Shown here: positions 17,299-26,266 of the stretch, piece by piece | Layout of the letters: the number at the start of each line of letters is the position of its first letter | Position numbering within the stretch: position 1 is the first letter of the stretch | Source of the DNA: Oscillospiraceae bacterium | GTDB taxonomy: Bacteria; Bacillota; Clostridia; Oscillospirales; Oscillospiraceae | Direction: 5' to 3' | NCBI GenBank assembly: GCA_030524605.1 | Contig: JAUNGH010000001.1 | Coordinates: 2,242 to 39,582, forward strand | Length of the DNA: 37,341 nucleotides | Program-made: the position numbers and the translations under genes | The notes under the pieces: generated by a model | Seen by the model: only the letters and a program-made list of their open reading frames with translations | What the model was told of the DNA's origin: nothing | The model's database searches: none

Positions 17299-18441
17299 TC
17301 AATGGGTCGGGGCCGCTGAGACGGCACACACAAGACGCAGAATGTCCTCCAGCGTCCGGCGGTAATTGGCGGCGCTCAGAGGCGCGCTTTCCGCGAAGCC
17401 CATGGCCTTACGGTTGATGCTGAACATGGCCGTTACCCCCAGGTCATAGGCCTGGGCAGCGCTCTCATCAATGGCTCCCACGATAGCCACTAGCGGGATA
17501 CCCCGGGGCTTCGTCCGCTCCGCAATCCCCGAGATGACCTTACCGCGGACGCTTTGGGAATCGATGCGGCCCTCTCCGGTGATCACTAGGTCCGCCTCCT
17601 CCACTAAGGCGTCAAAGCCTACGGTATCTAACACGGTCGTGATGCCAGGCTTCAGCTCCGCCCCCAAAAACGCCACACAGCCGGCCCCCATCCCTCCGGC
17701 CGCACCGGCGCCGGGGAGCTCTGCGACACACAGGCTCAGATCCTTGCGGATGGCCCTGTCAAGCATCCGCAATCCACCGTCCAGCCGGTCCACCATAAGC
17801 GGGTCCGCCCCCTTCTGCGGGGCAAAAACATACGCCGCTCCGGCCGGCCCGAACAGCGGATTGTCAATATCGCACATTGCGGTGATATGAACATGCTTCA
17901 AGAGCGTTTCCGTCCCGGCGGTATCAATCCGGTGGATGCGGCTTAGACTGGCGCCTGCCGGGACAAAGCTCTGCCCCTGGCTGTCCATGAACCGCGTGCC
18001 AAGCGCCGCGGCGCAGCCGCAGCCGCCGTCATTGGTAGCGCTCCCGCCCAGGCCCAGGATGACCTCTCTGGCCCCATGCTCCACAGCATGGCGGATCAGC
18101 TCGCCCACGCCATAGGTGGTGGCCAGCTCCGGATCTGCCTGCCTGCCGGCCAGGGGTAGCCCCGCCGCAGCCGCCATCTCAACCACCGCCAGCGGACCTT
18201 TTCTAGCGTAAACCGCTTCCACCGGGTCCCCCAGCGGCCCCCGCACGGTCACGGTCACAGCTTCCGCGCCGATGGCATCCACAAAGCAGTCCACCGTGCC
18301 CTCGCCGCCGTCCGCCACAGGAACCGTTACGACCTCACACGCCGGGAATACCGAGGGGATCACCTCCCTGGCGATGGCGCAGATCTCCCTGCTGGAGAGC
18401 GTCCCCTTAAAGGAGTCGGAAACAACAATACACTTTCTCAT
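17299..18441 (-). CDS. glxK: Glycerate kinase, GlxK/GarK family
   Basis: DSFKGTLS, PVADGGEGT, GLGGSATNDGG, GAGAAGG and TGEGRIDSQS..GK motifs. Confidence 0.93.
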   Translation of the reverse strand: MRKCIVVSDSFKGTLSSREICAIAREVIPSVFPACEVVTVPVADGGEGTVDCFVDAIGAEAVTVTVRGPLGDPVEAVYARKGPLAVVEMAAAAGLPLAGRQADPELATTYGVGELIRHAVEHGAREVILGLGGSATNDGGCGCAAALGTRFMDSQGQSFVPAGASLSRIHRIDTAGTETLLKHVHITAMCDIDNPLFGPAGAAYVFAPQKGADPLMVDRLDGGLRMLDRAIRKDLSLCVAELPGAGAAGGMGAGCVAFLGAELKPGITTVLDTVGFDALVEEADLVITGEGRIDSQSVRGKVISGIAERTKPRGIPLVAIVGAIDESAAQAYDLGVTAMFSINRKAMGFAESAPLSAANYRRTLEDILRLVCAVSAAPTH

Positions 18442-18447
18442 AGAGCG

Positions 18448-19410
18448 TCAGTTCACAACGTTGACCGGGCTGCCGTCCAAATACGCCTTGACGTTTTCCT
18501 CGGTGCAGTCCATGATGCGCTGGCGGCTCTCTCTGGCACCCCAGGACATGTGGGGCGTGATCAGGCAGTTTTTCGCCCGCAGCAGGGGATTGTCGCCGCG
18601 AATAGGCTCTGTGGACACCACATCCAGGCCCGCCGCAGCAACCTTACCGGCGTTCAGCGCATCCGCGAGATCCTGCTCCACCACCATCTGACCGCGGCTG
18701 TTGTTAATGATGATGACACCGTCCTTCATTTTTGCGATATTCTCCCGGTTGATAAGACCCGTGTTGAAGGGCAGCAGCGGCATATGCAGCACGATCACAT
18801 CGGACTGGGCGAACAGCGTGTCCAGCTCCACATACTCCGCCACAGCGCGTCCCGCGTCATTCTGCCAGGCGTCATAGGCAATGACCTTCATGCCCAGGGC
18901 GCCCGCAATTTGGGCGGTATGACGGCCGATATTGCCCAGGCCAATGAGTCCCATGGTCTTGCCCTCCAGCTCGATGAGGGGATAATCCCAATAGCACCAG
19001 TCCGGGCAGCTCTCCCACCGGCCCGCCTTCACCGTCTGGTCGTGGTGGCCGATGTGGTGGCAGACCTCCAACAGCAGGGCGATGGCAAACTGGCTGACGG
19101 AATAGGTGCCGTATACAGGGACATTGGACACTGCGATCCCTTTTTCTCTGGCGCAGGCAACATCCACCACATTGTATCCCGTGGCCAGTACCGCGATAAA
19201 TTTGACGTTGGGACACGCGTCCAGTACCCGCCGGCTGACCGGCGTTTTGTTGGTCAGCACGATATCTGCGCCGCCGATGCGCCGGATCACCTCCTGCTCA
19301 TCGGTCAGGGAGGTGCGGTCATAAACCGTCAGTTCTCCGAGGCTTCCCAGCCCCTCCCAGCTCAGGTCGCCGGGGTTTTCCGTATACCCATCCAAAACTA
19401 CAATTTTCAT
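18448..19410 (-). CDS. D-2-hydroxyacid dehydrogenase, glycerate dehydrogenase/hydroxypyruvate reductase-like
   Basis: MKIVVLDG..NPGDLSW, LATGYNVVD, GLGNIG, NNSRG, DVVSTEP and TPHMSW (Arg-Glu-His triad); RBS GAGGAG. Confidence 0.9.
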   Translation of the reverse strand: MKIVVLDGYTENPGDLSWEGLGSLGELTVYDRTSLTDEQEVIRRIGGADIVLTNKTPVSRRVLDACPNVKFIAVLATGYNVVDVACAREKGIAVSNVPVYGTYSVSQFAIALLLEVCHHIGHHDQTVKAGRWESCPDWCYWDYPLIELEGKTMGLIGLGNIGRHTAQIAGALGMKVIAYDAWQNDAGRAVAEYVELDTLFAQSDVIVLHMPLLPFNTGLINRENIAKMKDGVIIINNSRGQMVVEQDLADALNAGKVAAAGLDVVSTEPIRGDNPLLRAKNCLITPHMSWGARESRQRIMDCTEENVKAYLDGSPVNVVN

Positions 19411-19593
19411 AAAAATCTCCTCTCTGTAATTGTCCAGCCGTACAGCCGGTATTGTCGGCGGTCCGGGTGTGTCTCCACATGCTCTGGGCAGCCGGAGCGG
19501 GACGCCCTTTGAAAAGATCCGCTCCGCCTGGGGACGCTGTTTTCCGCACTTTACACCTCCCTTGTGCCTGCCCGCTGGTCAGGCACCGTTCCG

Positions 19594-21021
19594 CTAAGAC
19601 TTCCGCGGAGGGCCGGGAGTCTTATTCTGTAGTTTATGGTAAAACATGGATCGGGAGAGCTGGATCCTCTTTGCCGCTTCCGTCACGTTTCCACCACTCC
19701 GCTCCAGAGCCCTGGCCAGATACAGTCTCTCAAACTCCCGCATGGCTTCCCGGTATTTTTTTTGATACAGCCCCTCCCACGGGAGATCGGCAGGAGGTGC
19801 TTCCCGCTCCTCCTGCCGCGCTTCCTCAGAGGGGCCGTTTTGCAGCAGGACCTGGGGGATGTCACTGGCTGTAATGCTTTCAAATGGGGTGATCACAAAC
19901 AATCTTTCGATCACGTTCCGAACCTCCCGCACATTGCCAGGCCAGGGATATCCCTCCAGCAACTGCCGGACGGATCCGTCCAGCTGTTTCCGCTTGCCAT
20001 ATTTAGCATTCAGTTCGTTCAGGAAATGGCAGCACAGCGGAAAAATATCCTCCCGCCGCTCCCGCAGCGGCGGAAGCGATACCGGGATCACATTCAGGCG
20101 GTAATAGAGATCCTCACGAAACTGGTTTTTCTTGACCATATCCAGTAGGTTCCGGTTTGTGGCGGCAATGATGCGGGCGTCGATGGCCTTGATGGTACTG
20201 CCGCCGATTTTTCGTATTTCCCCGTTTTCCAAAACCCGCAGGAGCTTGGACTGCACGGAGAGCGGAAGCTCGCCGATCTCATCCAGAAAAAGGGTGCCGC
20301 CGTTAGCCAGCTCAAAAAGACCCGTTTTTCCCTCCCGGCTGGCGCCTGTGAAGGCCCCCCTCTCATATCCGAAGAGCTCCGCCTCGATCAGCTCCGGCGG
20401 AAACACGGCGCAGTTGATGGGCAGAAACAGACGATCCCTGCGGCTGCTGTTTTTGTGGATATAGCGGGCCACCACCTCCTTGCCTGTTCCGCTCTCCCCC
20501 AGAATCAGGATCGTGCTGCTGGAATAGGACACCGTTTTCAAAATGGAAAACAGTTCCTTCATCGCCCGGGACTCCGCGACGATCTGACCGTTTCCGCTGA
20601 GGGTGTTGGTAAAGCTGATGATGTTGTCAAGGCGGTTCCGCTCCTCACTGAGCTTTCGAAGCATGTCGTCCACATAGTTCATGCCCTGACTGTATGCGAT
20701 CACATACTCCAGAGCGCCGCTGCCGTCGTAAACCGGAATGGACGTGGTCATCAGAGGATGGCGCACATTTCCCTCCAGATATTCCGTCACCGGCTTTCCC
20801 AACCGCAGGGCTCGCAGGCTGGGGGAGTGCTGCCAGAAACCCCGGCGCACCAGATCCTCCATATTGCTGTTCAGCAGCTCCTGGTAGGTGATGCCCTTGG
20901 TGTTTTGCACAACATTTTCATTGGCATATACCACTTTTCCCTTTTTGTCAAGTACCAGAATCGTCCCATAATAGTTTTCGATGATCTTTTCATACAGCGC
21001 CATCAAATCCTTCTGCTCCAT
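19594..21021 (-). CDS. sigma54-dependent enhancer-binding protein (PAS-AAA+-Fis HTH)
   Basis: GESGTGKE, intact GAFTGA, LFLDEIGEL, FREDLYYRL, WPGNVRE and C-terminal GNVTEAA HTH; RBS GAGGAGG. Confidence 0.95.
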   Translation of the reverse strand: MEQKDLMALYEKIIENYYGTILVLDKKGKVVYANENVVQNTKGITYQELLNSNMEDLVRRGFWQHSPSLRALRLGKPVTEYLEGNVRHPLMTTSIPVYDGSGALEYVIAYSQGMNYVDDMLRKLSEERNRLDNIISFTNTLSGNGQIVAESRAMKELFSILKTVSYSSSTILILGESGTGKEVVARYIHKNSSRRDRLFLPINCAVFPPELIEAELFGYERGAFTGASREGKTGLFELANGGTLFLDEIGELPLSVQSKLLRVLENGEIRKIGGSTIKAIDARIIAATNRNLLDMVKKNQFREDLYYRLNVIPVSLPPLRERREDIFPLCCHFLNELNAKYGKRKQLDGSVRQLLEGYPWPGNVREVRNVIERLFVITPFESITASDIPQVLLQNGPSEEARQEEREAPPADLPWEGLYQKKYREAMREFERLYLARALERSGGNVTEAAKRIQLSRSMFYHKLQNKTPGPPRKS

Positions 21022-21054
21022 TGGGAACCTCCTCTGGTTTTGATCAGACCCGGC

Positions 21055-21819
21055 TCACTCGCAGAGCCACCCCCCGTCCGCCGCGATGACCGCACCTGTC
21101 ACATAATTGGCCGCGTCAGAGGCCAGGAAGACAGCGCTGCCGATGATGTCCTCCACAGTGCCCAGCCGCCGCATGGGGATTTTGCGGATAATACTCTTGT
21201 AGACTCTCTCATCCTGGAAATCCTTTTCATTGAGCGACGTGACGATATAGCCCGGCACCAGCGCGTTCACATTGATGTTATACCGTGCCCACTCCATGGC
21301 AAGCCCCTTTGTCACCTGGGCCAGTCCGCCTTTAGCTGCCAGGTAGGGCAGCACCAGCTTTCCCCCTACATAGCCGTAGACGGAGACGGTGTTTATGATG
21401 CGCCCCTTGTTCTGGCGGATCATGATTCTGCCCACCGCCTGCGCCGCCATGAAGGCACCCCGCAAATCCACGTCCAGCACCCGGTCCCAGTCGTCCATCG
21501 TCAGGTCCTCCGCCTTTTTGGTGATCGCGGTGCCGGCGTTGTTCATCAGGATGTCGATGTGCCCGAAGGCCGCTGCGGCAGCTTCCGCCATCTTCTCTAC
21601 GGCGGCCTGGTCGGTGATGTCCGTGGGCAAGGGCAGGGCTCTGCGGCCCATTGCCCGGATCTCCTCCGCGGTTGAAAGGCAATCCCGCTCGTTTCTTCCG
21701 ACCACCACCACGTCGGCGCCGGCATTAGCAAGGCCCAGGGCTAGGGCGTGGCCGATATTCCGGGTGGCGCCGGTGACCAGCGCCACCTCTCCGGTCAGGT
21801 CAAATGTGGGAAATTTCAT
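21055..21819 (-). CDS. SDR oxidoreductase, gluconate-5-dehydrogenase/KduD-like
   Basis: TGATRNIG (variant Gly motif), NNAG, YLAAK and DGG; ATGA overlap with the upstream CoA-transferase B gene. Confidence 0.9.
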   Translation of the reverse strand: MKFPTFDLTGEVALVTGATRNIGHALALGLANAGADVVVVGRNERDCLSTAEEIRAMGRRALPLPTDITDQAAVEKMAEAAAAAFGHIDILMNNAGTAITKKAEDLTMDDWDRVLDVDLRGAFMAAQAVGRIMIRQNKGRIINTVSVYGYVGGKLVLPYLAAKGGLAQVTKGLAMEWARYNINVNALVPGYIVTSLNEKDFQDERVYKSIIRKIPMRRLGTVEDIIGSAVFLASDAANYVTGAVIAADGGWLCE

Positions 21820-22691
21820 AAAAACAGCTCCTTTTTTACACCGGACATCCGCTCCAGCGAACGCTCCAGCATGGCAATATATTTTTCAAAGGTCAGGTCC
21901 TTCAGCCCATCGCCGGTGAAAATCTGTTCCGGGTCCAGGGTCCGGATGATCCGCACCTCCTCCCCGGTGGGGGCAGCGGTCTCGGTCACATGCTCCGCTG
22001 TCAAAAGCTCCCACGGGATCTGTTCCTGCACCTCGTCCACCGTAACCCCGGGGTGAACGCTGGCGAGCATCAGCTCCCTTGTCACGGGATGGAAGCGGAA
22101 GACGCATTTGTCCGTGATGACGGCGGCGGAACCGCCCTGCCGCAGCCCGGTCCTCTCCCGGGAGTCTCCGCCTTCAAGGTAGCCGGGCGAGGTGATATAG
22201 TCCACCCGCTCCAGAAAGCGCCGCCGCTGAAGTGGGATGGAGATCACCGTGCGCAGGGCGCTGCTGGCGATGTCATTGGCGCCGCCGCTGCCGGGCAGGC
22301 GAGAAGCCGGCGTCTCATAGCTCCCGCTTCCAAAAATTGCTGTGCTGTTCAGATTTCCATAGCGGTCCACCTGGGCGCCACCTACCATGCCGATATCCAC
22401 AAATCCCCTCTGCTGGTCGGAGAACAGCCGCCACAGCGGCTCCACGCAGAGGGCGTTTTCGCTGCACGCACAGTCGCCGATTCCCAGAATGAGCCGCTTG
22501 GGTCTCGGACCCACCGCGCCGCTCTCGGTGGCGATCACCGCGTTTGGAGCATGGGTCCGCTGCGCCAGAAGTGCACCTAGCAGCGGATTGCCCACGCCCG
22601 CGAACACCACCTCTCCATCCCGGATCTCCCGCGCGGAGGCAACAATCATCAATTCGCTCAGCGTGTATCCCGTATATCGTTCCGTATTCAT
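21816..22691 (-). CDS. Family I CoA-transferase subunit B, GctB/CatJ-like (291 aa)
   Basis: RBS GAGGAGG before ATG 22691; catalytic Glu in TESG, GAQVDRYGNLNST, LPGSGGANDI and VDYITSPG. Confidence 0.9.
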   Translation of the reverse strand: MNTERYTGYTLSELMIVASAREIRDGEVVFAGVGNPLLGALLAQRTHAPNAVIATESGAVGPRPKRLILGIGDCACSENALCVEPLWRLFSDQQRGFVDIGMVGGAQVDRYGNLNSTAIFGSGSYETPASRLPGSGGANDIASSALRTVISIPLQRRRFLERVDYITSPGYLEGGDSRERTGLRQGGSAAVITDKCVFRFHPVTRELMLASVHPGVTVDEVQEQIPWELLTAEHVTETAAPTGEEVRIIRTLDPEQIFTGDGLKDLTFEKYIAMLERSLERMSGVKKELFL

Positions 22692-22707
22692 TGATTCCAC
22701 CTCCTCA

Positions 22708-23634
22708 TTACACGCCCGGATCAAACCGCTGCTCCGCCTGCCGGAGCTTCATCAGCCGTTCGTAGCCCACCCGGCGCAGATAGCCCTCCCAGCTGCCCGC
22801 CGCGTCGCAGTAATCGTCCATCCACGCCAGAAAGCCCTCCCGCGTCCTGAATGCCTTCACCTGTTCCGTGTGAAACGGCAGGTCATAGGCGTATTCATAG
22901 GCCATGTTCCACGGGTGGCAGGCAAAGGGGACCTCGCAGACGGCGTCCACCGTGTAGCCGGGGATCAGCGTCAGGTTGGGGGTCCTGCGGATCAAATCTT
23001 CATCTACGAGCTTCTCACAGGTCAGGATTGTATGCCGGGCGGCTCGGGCAATATTTTCAGCGCTGGCGGAGATACCGAAATACTGACCATTGCCGGATCG
23101 GTCCGCCCGGGAACAATGGATCAGCGCTACATCCGGCCGCGCCGCCGGCACCAGGACCACCCGCTCTCCGGTGTAGGGATCGTCCATGGTTTTCAGCTGC
23201 CGGTTATAGGTCAGAAAATCCGAGCCCAAAAACGACTTTGTCGGCATGAACGGCACACCCATTGCGCCTGCCAGGAACCGAAGCGACATGCCGTAGTTGG
23301 AATACTCCTCCAGCTCTATGCGGCGGGGCACCTTATTCTCCACGCAGCGGCGGTAGTTATAGCTCAGCCCCGCCACGGCGTAGGCGATCCACGCCACCTC
23401 GGCCCGCCTAACCAGTCCCATGCCGATCAAAAGATCCGCCGGCTCCGCCGGACTTTCACAAAGCAGCGTCAGATCCCCGATCCGCTGTCTGGCGATCTCG
23501 TATGCATGGGCCACACACTGCGTCCCTCCCATGCCGCCAAAGGCCACGGAAACGCCCGGCTTGACGAACGTCCCCACAGCCTCTGACAGCGGCATCCTCT
23601 TGTCCTGCTTTTTCCGGTAAGTATTAGTTTCCAA
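22708..23634 (-). CDS. Family I CoA-transferase subunit A, GctA/CatI-like
   Basis: TTG start with RBS GGGAG; LRFLAGAMGVPFMP...GSD, DPYTGE.V.LVPA..PDVALIH...AD..GN and VDAV.EVPF..HP. Confidence 0.88.
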   Translation of the reverse strand: METNTYRKKQDKRMPLSEAVGTFVKPGVSVAFGGMGGTQCVAHAYEIARQRIGDLTLLCESPAEPADLLIGMGLVRRAEVAWIAYAVAGLSYNYRRCVENKVPRRIELEEYSNYGMSLRFLAGAMGVPFMPTKSFLGSDFLTYNRQLKTMDDPYTGERVVLVPAARPDVALIHCSRADRSGNGQYFGISASAENIARAARHTILTCEKLVDEDLIRRTPNLTLIPGYTVDAVCEVPFACHPWNMAYEYAYDLPFHTEQVKAFRTREGFLAWMDDYCDAAGSWEGYLRRVGYERLMKLRQAEQRFDPGV

Positions 23635-23694
23635 GACAGTTGCTCCCTTCCTTATAGATCATCAGGGCAAACCATTCCCCGTTATATGGATATA

Positions 23695-23710
23695 AGCAAA
23701 AATAATGCCA
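23695..23710 (-). promoter_or_regulatory. sigma54 -24/-12 promoter of the CoA-transferase operon
   Basis: TGGCAT-TATTT-TTGCT on the minus strand, about 60 bp before the start codon. Confidence 0.88.
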
Positions 23711-23760
23711 TCTTTGTCCTGCGCTCCGGCGGTATAAACGATGCCGTTTGCGGTTTCCGG

Positions 23761-23817
23761 TGTCCAATATCCCGCACATATGCGTCCGGTTTTTCGGACT
23801 GTCCAAAAAACCGGACA
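23761..23817. promoter_or_regulatory. Three putative enhancer (UAS) sites, TGTCC-N8-GGACA
   Basis: TGTCCAATATCCCGCACA (23761-78), cGTCCGGTTTTTCGGACt (23783-800) and TGTCCAAAAAACCGGACA (23800-17), between two sigma54 promoters. Confidence 0.75.
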
Positions 23818-23859
23818 ATTGGATTCCCCTCTATATGCGGCCCTGGCGCTGTTTTTATT

Positions 23860-23875
23860 TGGCACACGTTTTGCT
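23860..23875 (+). promoter_or_regulatory. sigma54 -24/-12 promoter of the abfD-like operon
   Basis: TGGCAC-ACGTT-TTGCT matches the consensus. Confidence 0.92.
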
Positions 23876-23928
23876 ACATATTCCGGATGACCGCGTCACA
23901 AACGTTTTGCTTTGAAGGAGGACTCACT

Positions 23929-25377
23929 ATGCGCACATTTCAGGAATACCGGCAAAAGCTATACTCCATGCGGAAAAATGTCTATATCAACGGCAAGCTG
24001 GTGGAACGGGACGACCCACGCCTGCTTGGCGGGCAGAACATCATCGGCATCACCTTTGACGCCGCCATGTCGGACGATCCCAAGCTCCGCGAGCTGGCCA
24101 CCGCCGTCTCGCACCTGACCGGGCACACCATCAACCGCTTCGCCCATATTTACCAGTCGCCGGACGATCTGCTGAAAAAGCAGCAGATGATCCGGGAGCT
24201 GGGCCATATCGCCGGCGGCTGTATTCAGCGCTGTATGGGCTGCGACGCCATCAATGCCCTGTATGTCTCCACCTATGAGATCGACCAGCAATACGGCACG
24301 GATTACCACGCCCGCTTTCAAAAATACCTGGCCTGGTACCAGGACAACGACCTGGTGGGCAACGCCGGCCAGACCGACGTAAAGGGAGACCGTTCCAAGC
24401 GGCCGTCCGAACAGGCCGATCCCGACCTGTACATGCACATTCTGGAAAAGCGGGAGGACGGCATTATCGTGTCCGGCTGCAAAGCCCACAACACGATTGC
24501 CCCCTACGCGGATGAGATCCTGGTCCTCCCCACCCGGGCCATGCGGGACTCTGATGCCGACTGGGCCGTGGCCTTTGCCGTCCCCGCCGACGCAGAGGGC
24601 GTCACCCTGATCTCCCGCCCCGTATCTCCCAACCCGCGTCTGGAACTGAAAGCGCCCTATAACACCTATGGCATCTGCGACACTATGACGGTGCTGGACC
24701 ATGTGTTTATCCCCAACGAGCGCATTTTTATGTGCGGCGAGGCGGATTTCGGCGGGCGTCTGGCGCTGTCCTTCGCCAACAACCACCGTTTCAGCTACTG
24801 CGGCTGCAAACCTGCCATCACCGATGTGTTCATCGGCGCCACGGCGCTGGTCGCCGAATACAACGGCGTGCCCAAGGCCCCCCACATCCAGGACGAGCTG
24901 GCGGAGCTGGAGGCCACCGCGGAGCTAGTCTATGCTGCCGGCATCGCCGCATCCACCATGTCCAAGGTCACGCCGTCCGGCGCCAGAGAGCCGAACTTTC
25001 TCTACACCAACTGTGGCCGCTATCACGCCGGGAAAAACATCATGCATGAGTATGACATCCTGATCTCCACCGCCGGAGGCATGGCCGCCACGCTGCCTTT
25101 TGAGGGCGACTGGCTCAATCCCGAGACCCGGCCCTATCTGGAAAAGTACATCATGCGCAATCCTGGGATCAGCCCGGAAAACCAGCACCGGCTCTTCCGC
25201 TTTCTGGACGATTTCACCGTCTCCGCCTGGTGCGGTATGGAACAGGCGGCCGGCATCCACGGCGGCGGCTCCCCCATCATGGAGAAAATCGGCATCCGCA
25301 CCAGCTATGATGTGGAGGGCAAGAAGAACATCGTCAAGCGGCTGGCCGGGATCGACGATTCCAAAAATCAGAAGTGA
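23929..25377 (+). CDS. 4-hydroxybutyryl-CoA dehydratase (AbfD)-like FAD/[4Fe-4S] protein (482 aa)
   Basis: RBS AAGGAGG before ATG 23929; CIQRCMG and HRFSYCGCK supply 3 Cys + His cluster ligands; TDVKGDRS..P.EQ.DPDLY and HGGGSP. Confidence 0.88.
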   Translation: MRTFQEYRQKLYSMRKNVYINGKLVERDDPRLLGGQNIIGITFDAAMSDDPKLRELATAVSHLTGHTINRFAHIYQSPDDLLKKQQMIRELGHIAGGCIQRCMGCDAINALYVSTYEIDQQYGTDYHARFQKYLAWYQDNDLVGNAGQTDVKGDRSKRPSEQADPDLYMHILEKREDGIIVSGCKAHNTIAPYADEILVLPTRAMRDSDADWAVAFAVPADAEGVTLISRPVSPNPRLELKAPYNTYGICDTMTVLDHVFIPNERIFMCGEADFGGRLALSFANNHRFSYCGCKPAITDVFIGATALVAEYNGVPKAPHIQDELAELEATAELVYAAGIAASTMSKVTPSGAREPNFLYTNCGRYHAGKNIMHEYDILISTAGGMAATLPFEGDWLNPETRPYLEKYIMRNPGISPENQHRLFRFLDDFTVSAWCGMEQAAGIHGGGSPIMEKIGIRTSYDVEGKKNIVKRLAGIDDSKNQK

Positions 25378-25391
25378 TGGGAGGGGACGTT

Positions 25392-26249
25392 ATGGATATC
25401 AGGCATGTGACTGTTTCCGGTGCCGGACTGATGGGTACGCAGATCGCCATGCAGGCCGCTATACACGGCTATGAGGTTGTCTGCTATGACATCAGTGGTG
25501 CCCAGCTGGAAAAAGCCCGCGCCTTCTCCGAGGAGTGGTTTGTAAAGCGGGTAGCCGCGGGCAAAATGACGGCGGAGGCTGCGGATGAGAGCCAGGGGCG
25601 GCTAACCTTTTCCTCCGCCCTGCAAGCGTCTGCAGAACGGGCCGACCTCATCATTGACGCCGTGCCGGATATTCTGTCGATCAAGCGCAACTCCCTGGCC
25701 GCCCTTGACCAATACGCGCCGGCCCGCTGTATTTACGCCAGCAACAGCTCTTATATTGTCAGCTCCCGCTTCTGCGACGCTGTCAGAGATCCCTCCAAGG
25801 TACTGAACGTCCACTTTTTCAATCCCGCTCTGGTAATGAAGATCGTAGAGGTGGTCAGGGGCCCTCACGTCTCCCAGGAAACCTTTGACACCGCGTTTGC
25901 CTTCGTCAAGTCCATCGGCAAAACGCCGGTCGCCATCGAAAAAGAGATCTACGGTTTCTGCGTCAACCGCATTTTCAGCGCGCTGACCCGGGAGGCCTGC
26001 TACTTGGTGGACGCCGGCGTCGCCTCTCCTGAGGATATCGACACTGCGGTGAAGGGCGCCCTGGGACATGCAATGGGGCCTTTGGAAACGCTGGATATGA
26101 CGGGTCTCGACCTGGAATACGCCGTATACATGGAGCGCTTCCGCGCATCCGGCAATATCGCGGATCTGCCGGCGGCGTGCCTGACAGAGCACTATGCGCG
26201 AGGCGAGTACGGCAGGAAAAGCGGCAAGGGCTTTTACAACTACAAATAG
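25392..26249 (+). CDS. 3-hydroxyacyl-CoA dehydrogenase, Hbd-like (285 aa)
   Basis: GAGLMG, HFFNP...VEVV, GF.VNR, DID.A...LGH.MGP and G..GRKSGKGFY; RBS GGAGG before ATG 25392. Confidence 0.92.
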   Translation: MDIRHVTVSGAGLMGTQIAMQAAIHGYEVVCYDISGAQLEKARAFSEEWFVKRVAAGKMTAEAADESQGRLTFSSALQASAERADLIIDAVPDILSIKRNSLAALDQYAPARCIYASNSSYIVSSRFCDAVRDPSKVLNVHFFNPALVMKIVEVVRGPHVSQETFDTAFAFVKSIGKTPVAIEKEIYGFCVNRIFSALTREACYLVDAGVASPEDIDTAVKGALGHAMGPLETLDMTGLDLEYAVYMERFRASGNIADLPAACLTEHYARGEYGRKSGKGFYNYK

Positions 26250-26266
26250 TATAAGGAGGGACCATT

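Noticed and set aside
23686-23928. 81-codon N-terminal extension of the AbfD-like ORF
   Set aside because: It spans the sigma54 promoters and enhancer sites. The strong RBS and family start are at ATG 23929. Similar extensions were trimmed for ORFs starting at 2033, 3174, 5428, 6822, 6898, 12102, 13558, 13656, 32469 and 33364.
23929-25377. 4-hydroxyphenylacetate 3-monooxygenase (HpaB), which shares the fold
   Set aside because: The Fe-S ligand motifs CxxxC and Hx6C are present, there is no flavin reductase partner, and the context is anaerobic CoA chemistry.
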